Positions 60,479-64,000 of a DNA stretch of 64,000 nt are shown here, in pieces. Source of the stretch: Sedimentisphaerales bacterium. Its GTDB lineage: Bacteria > Planctomycetota > Phycisphaerae > Sedimentisphaerales > SM23-30. The stretch lies in the NCBI GenBank assembly GCA_963663965.2, contig CAXXFK010000019.1, positions 1 through 64,000 on the forward strand, read 5' to 3'. The notes beneath the pieces are model-generated. The model was given only the letters and a program-made list of their open reading frames with translations. It did no database searches and was not told the origin of the DNA. Made by a program: the position numbers and the translations under genes. Every line of letters starts with the position of its first letter. Positions within the stretch are counted from its first letter, which is position 1.

Positions 60479-62306
60479 GAGCCTGTCCGCAATTCTTGGA
60501 TTTTGTGAGCCGCGGTTTTGGGAGGACGGATTTTCAATCGTATCATCAGTAGATGACGGCTGGCGTCCAGGTTATTTTCGTTCAGCGGGTGATTTTCCGA
60601 TTTCTGCGCATAGTAGCCCCATAAACAGGGCAAGCCGGGGTGGTTTTAAGCCACTTTTTGTCGTTCTTTTTCCCGTTCTTCCTCTTGAGCCAGCTTAATT
60701 CTGGCCAATACCCAGAGGTTGTGCGATAAAATGCTCAGGCCCATATGGACTTGGCGGTGATCAAAGCCTTTTTGTTTCATGGGCGCCCCGCAAAAACCAT
60801 GGCTCAGGATGCTGATTCGGGCTTCGGTCTGACTGCGGCGAGTCTGAGCCTGCCGGAACGGCTCTTCCTGAAGCCTTTCCTTCAGCAAGGCCGGGCTGAG
60901 CGGACAAACCGCATTAAAAATATCGTGACTTTCCATGTATTGGCGATTCCCGGCGCTGTCGAAGCCCCGATCGCCGGCCAACAGCTTGACTTGATTACCA
61001 AGCTTCTCTTCCATACGCCGGTGGCTGGCTTTAAGCATTTTTTCATCGCTGGGACCTTGCTGACGAAATAACTTCCAGTCCATGATTAAGCCATTGGATT
61101 GTTCGGCCAGATAAAGTTGGTTGCCAAATTCCGTCTCCGCGCCGGCCTTGCGGCGCACGATCACATGGATATCCGGCTCGTAAAGGCTCAAGATCTTGTC
61201 TGGATTGGCAACCTTGCGTTCGCCGATCATGCGTTCGTGAGCCTGCCTGACCACGGCGGCCAACTGACAGGTCACGCCGGTAATCTGTTTGACGATTTGC
61301 CGGACGGAACCGAGAGCGATATCGGCCTTTTTCCAGTGGTTTTCCAGGTTTTTCAGATGATTTTCCGCATGATTCAAGACCCGCCGGATCAGTTTTTTCA
61401 TCTTTCGCAAAACCGCTTTACGCAGTTTTTTCGCGCCCTTTTTGCGGTTAACATAGGTCATCTCCATGCAGAGCTTATTCATGTTTGAAATAAACTTAGC
61501 CGGCTCGCAAGGCATGCGACACAGGATCCCGGCTTTACGAATACGGGCCGTCGCCTTCATCAAGGTACGGGTCGCATCTCTAAACAGCAGCCAGTCGATC
61601 GGATAATGAATGTGGGCGCCAATGCAGGTACAGTCAAAATAAGCCTGACTGAAATCCAGGGGGTCCTCCAAAACAACCGAACCCTGGGCCACTTGAAAAA
61701 ACAGTTCTTCCGCCTGAGCGATTAACTGAGGCGAAAGCGCGTTTTCCAACTCGTTGATTCTGGTTTTGCCGGGGATCCGGGGCAGATCAAAGCGGTTAAT
61801 GCCGCAAAACCACTGATACAGTTCGCTATGAGACAAGGCCACGGCAAATTTACGCAACGACAAACCCAGCCGCTTACGCAGGATCGACATCCGTAACGCC
61901 CAAACGGCCTGGGCACGAATATTCATGCGATCCGTATGGGTTAATTTAACCGGCGTGTCAGTGCCAAAGTACTCGATGGCCATTTCAGCGTAAGCTTTGT
62001 CGAGAAAATACTGGAGAAACAACTGCTCCAGATCGCTGTGGCGGATGATCTGGTCCATGGCCAGCAACTGCTGGCGTTCCTGGCGATACTCCAGACAGCC
62101 AAATTCTTCCGGAATACCTTTGTCAAACAACTGCTGAACGGGTAAAATCTCTGGCATAGGTGTGTTCCCTTTTTTAAGGAAAAATGATTCGCAAAACATT
62201 TTATAACACACCTATTTTACGGTTTTGACCCAAAATAGCACGCTATAACTCCGACTCTTTTACATAATCTTTTGAAATCTATAGGGTTAAAGCTACGGAC
62301 AGGCTC
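60479..62306 (-). mobile_element. 1828 bp insertion sequence, IS5-like DDE family
   Basis: TIRs GAGCCTGTCCG(C/T)A at both ends; direct repeat TAAGTA at 60473-60478 and 62307-62312. Confidence 0.93.
60646..62157 (-). CDS. DDE transposase (IS5-like)
   Basis: YFDCTCI..IHYPID, KILSLYEP..VRRKAG..EFG, GDRGF and RRSQTEARI; AAGGG RBS before ATG 62157. Confidence 0.9.
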   Translation of the reverse strand: MPEILPVQQLFDKGIPEEFGCLEYRQERQQLLAMDQIIRHSDLEQLFLQYFLDKAYAEMAIEYFGTDTPVKLTHTDRMNIRAQAVWALRMSILRKRLGLSLRKFAVALSHSELYQWFCGINRFDLPRIPGKTRINELENALSPQLIAQAEELFFQVAQGSVVLEDPLDFSQAYFDCTCIGAHIHYPIDWLLFRDATRTLMKATARIRKAGILCRMPCEPAKFISNMNKLCMEMTYVNRKKGAKKLRKAVLRKMKKLIRRVLNHAENHLKNLENHWKKADIALGSVRQIVKQITGVTCQLAAVVRQAHERMIGERKVANPDKILSLYEPDIHVIVRRKAGAETEFGNQLYLAEQSNGLIMDWKLFRQQGPSDEKMLKASHRRMEEKLGNQVKLLAGDRGFDSAGNRQYMESHDIFNAVCPLSPALLKERLQEEPFRQAQTRRSQTEARISILSHGFCGAPMKQKGFDHRQVHMGLSILSHNLWVLARIKLAQEEEREKERQKVA

Positions 62307-62699
62307 TAAGTAGTCGGATACCCGATGAAAATTGCCGACGCCTTCCAATTCCAGCGGGATTGCCCATGCCTTATCTTGTTTCGGAATGTCCGACATTTTC
62401 CGAATTTCATTACCGGAAAACAGGCCGGTTTCATGGCGATAAGAACAACACAGATAGCCGCTGGTAAATCCAAGCGCCAGTAGAACTGTCATTAGAAAGA
62501 TGGTGGGAATTCTGCGATTGAATATCATCAGCACTTAAGCCCGCTTAAATATATGGTTTGTCCAAAACCACTGGCAATATATCTTGATATGTTGCTCTCA
62601 TTAGCTGGAATAGAAAAAAATAGATCACTTTCTCTTGGCCGTCTTACCGTGAAAAGAGACCCCTTAAGGGTTAAGTTCCTCTTTATTATGCCAATAATT

Positions 62700-63524
62700 T
62701 TATTCCACCTCCGGAGTGTCTGGCAATGGCATAATTTCGACTAATCGGAATTCCACCGGATGACTTTCTGCCTGTAATGATATATAACCTCCGGTTAAAA
62801 GCTTTTCGCCATGACGGGCTTCAATCAATTTTTTCGCGTCACTATCCGATTCATCCAGTTGAGGTTGCTCATATTCCAGAACCAGCTGGCCTTCAGCAAA
62901 ATGGCGAATGACCTTGCCGCCATGAACCTCGATTTCCGCGTGGACCCACTGATCGCCGTGATAGGTCTCCGATTTCGAATTAATGCAATGGGTCTTTTCC
63001 AGTTGTCCATTCATGACGACATGGGTACCGGGGGTACACAGGTTCATGGTTGGCCGGGGATCGGTTCCGTTGCCGCCCAGGAGTTGGACTTCGATACAAA
63101 CCGGAAAATCCTGATCCTTCCGCATCGTTGCCGGATCCTGACAGTGGATCATGATACCGCTGTTGCGGAAGGCCCAGCCTGGTCCGTTAGGCGCCTGTTC
63201 GCCAGTGAAACGGTATTCGATCCGCATTTTGTAATTGCTGTAAGGAGTTTTATAAAATAGATGTCCGAAATGGCCGCCAAAATCCTGGTATTGATCGAAC
63301 GAGACTTTCAGAATACCCTCTTCGACCCGAAAGGTATTGCCGTAATTCTCACCCAATTCGAAGCCGGTAATTTTCGGGGTCCAGCCATCCAGATTCTTGC
63401 CGTTAAACATTGGGATCCATTGAGGGGCCTGATTCTCCGGCTGACTGGAACAGCCCGGAAACAGAATAATCAAAGAAAATATTACGATCAGACCCGAATA
63501 CCATCTGTTCATCTTTTGATTCAT
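62700..63524 (-). CDS. DUF1080 (3-keto-disaccharide hydrolase-like) lipoprotein
   Basis: Lipobox LFPG-C; MFNGKNLDGW, NSGIM.H, EVQL and GYISLQAESHPVEFR. Confidence 0.9.
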   Translation of the reverse strand: MNQKMNRWYSGLIVIFSLIILFPGCSSQPENQAPQWIPMFNGKNLDGWTPKITGFELGENYGNTFRVEEGILKVSFDQYQDFGGHFGHLFYKTPYSNYKMRIEYRFTGEQAPNGPGWAFRNSGIMIHCQDPATMRKDQDFPVCIEVQLLGGNGTDPRPTMNLCTPGTHVVMNGQLEKTHCINSKSETYHGDQWVHAEIEVHGGKVIRHFAEGQLVLEYEQPQLDESDSDAKKLIEARHGEKLLTGGYISLQAESHPVEFRLVEIMPLPDTPEVE

Positions 63525-63881
63525 TGTACAGTCCTCTCAATTCATTTTAAATTACCTGGCAATCTGTTTTGCTAATTGAAATTAGCCCTTCAGTTTCTCA
63601 TTATAGAAGGTGTGAACCATTACGCCAGCATAATCCAGATGATGGATGCTCGCCAGATTATGCCTGGTCAGTTATTATCCGGTTTCAAGCGACTGTATAA
63701 CCAGTCAGAGTTGCGCATTATTGAGTTCTCAGAATAAAAAAATGCCAGAATAATTTGACGTTTATCAGATGAAGTCTATAGCGGATACCAAAAAAAAATG
63801 GCATTTTTCATATTATATGCCATAATATCCTCCTGATCGTTTCGAATATCTGAATGATAGTTGTATAAACAGGATGAAAAA

Positions 63882-64000
63882 ATGGCACAGACCAATAAAA
63901 GTCGCATTGAAGCCGCGATCAAAAGATTGCGTAAGTATAATCAGGAACATGTGTTACAGTTTATTGACGAAATTTCTCCTGAACAGAAACTCCTTCTGCT
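63882..64000 (+). CDS. 5' end of a probable UDPGP-family nucleotidyltransferase (UDP-GlcNAc pyrophosphorylase-like); truncated by the window edge
   Basis: MAQTNKSRIEAAIKRLRKYNQEHVLQFIDEISPEQKLLL matches the L..Y.QEH(L/V)L.F.DE(L/I) N-terminus of this family. Confidence 0.6.
   Translation, partial: MAQTNKSRIEAAIKRLRKYNQEHVLQFIDEISPEQKLLL

Larger units (their letters stand above)
60035..62528 (-). pseudogene. Cys-based (tyrosine/dual-specificity) phosphatase gene interrupted by an IS
   Basis: Removing 60479..62312 restores a 219 aa frame ...GNFHRVSDYLYRGAQPTSEGMRALEKFGIKTVVNLRS...HCQHGADRTG. Confidence 0.92.

Overview
A 64 kb bacterial chromosomal segment. A planctomycete origin, probably Phycisphaerae-like, is inferred from three prepilin/DUF1559-type genes, two PQQ-like beta-propellers, an ECF sigma + Ser/Thr kinase module, dockerin-like tails, a PEP-CTERM protein and many glycosidases. 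Ordinary content: tsaD, ald, ComF, an MscK-like channel, an ABC-2 exporter, a split FeoB operon with a DtxR-FeoA regulator, an AraC/GyrI pair, and GH38, GH36, GH92, GH2, BNR_4, beta-helix and DUF1080 genes. Main highlights: (1) a three-gene cluster at 46555-50128 encoding a 2-TM protein, a PspA/Vipp1 (ESCRT-III-fold) protein and an AAA+ ATPase, a candidate bacterial ESCRT-III/Vps4-like membrane-remodelling system; (2) a perfect sigma70 promoter followed by about 800 nt of repeated hairpin units with compensatory base changes, ahead of an uncharacterised 'ANRRNAQKSTGP' gene (34546-36220); (3) a ~2600 aa GLUG/PASTA/LRR/dockerin surface-protein gene broken by one base at a G10/C10 tract; (4) an intact 1828 bp IS5-like element with a 6 bp target duplication interrupting a Cys-based phosphatase; (5) an orphan immunity-like gene behind a probable toxin C-terminal remnant, next to a palindromic MITE; (6) a truncated TIGR02999-type ECF sigma start fused in front of a PQQ-propeller gene. 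No rRNA, tRNA or CRISPR array was seen. All family assignments come from motif recognition by eye; no database search was run.
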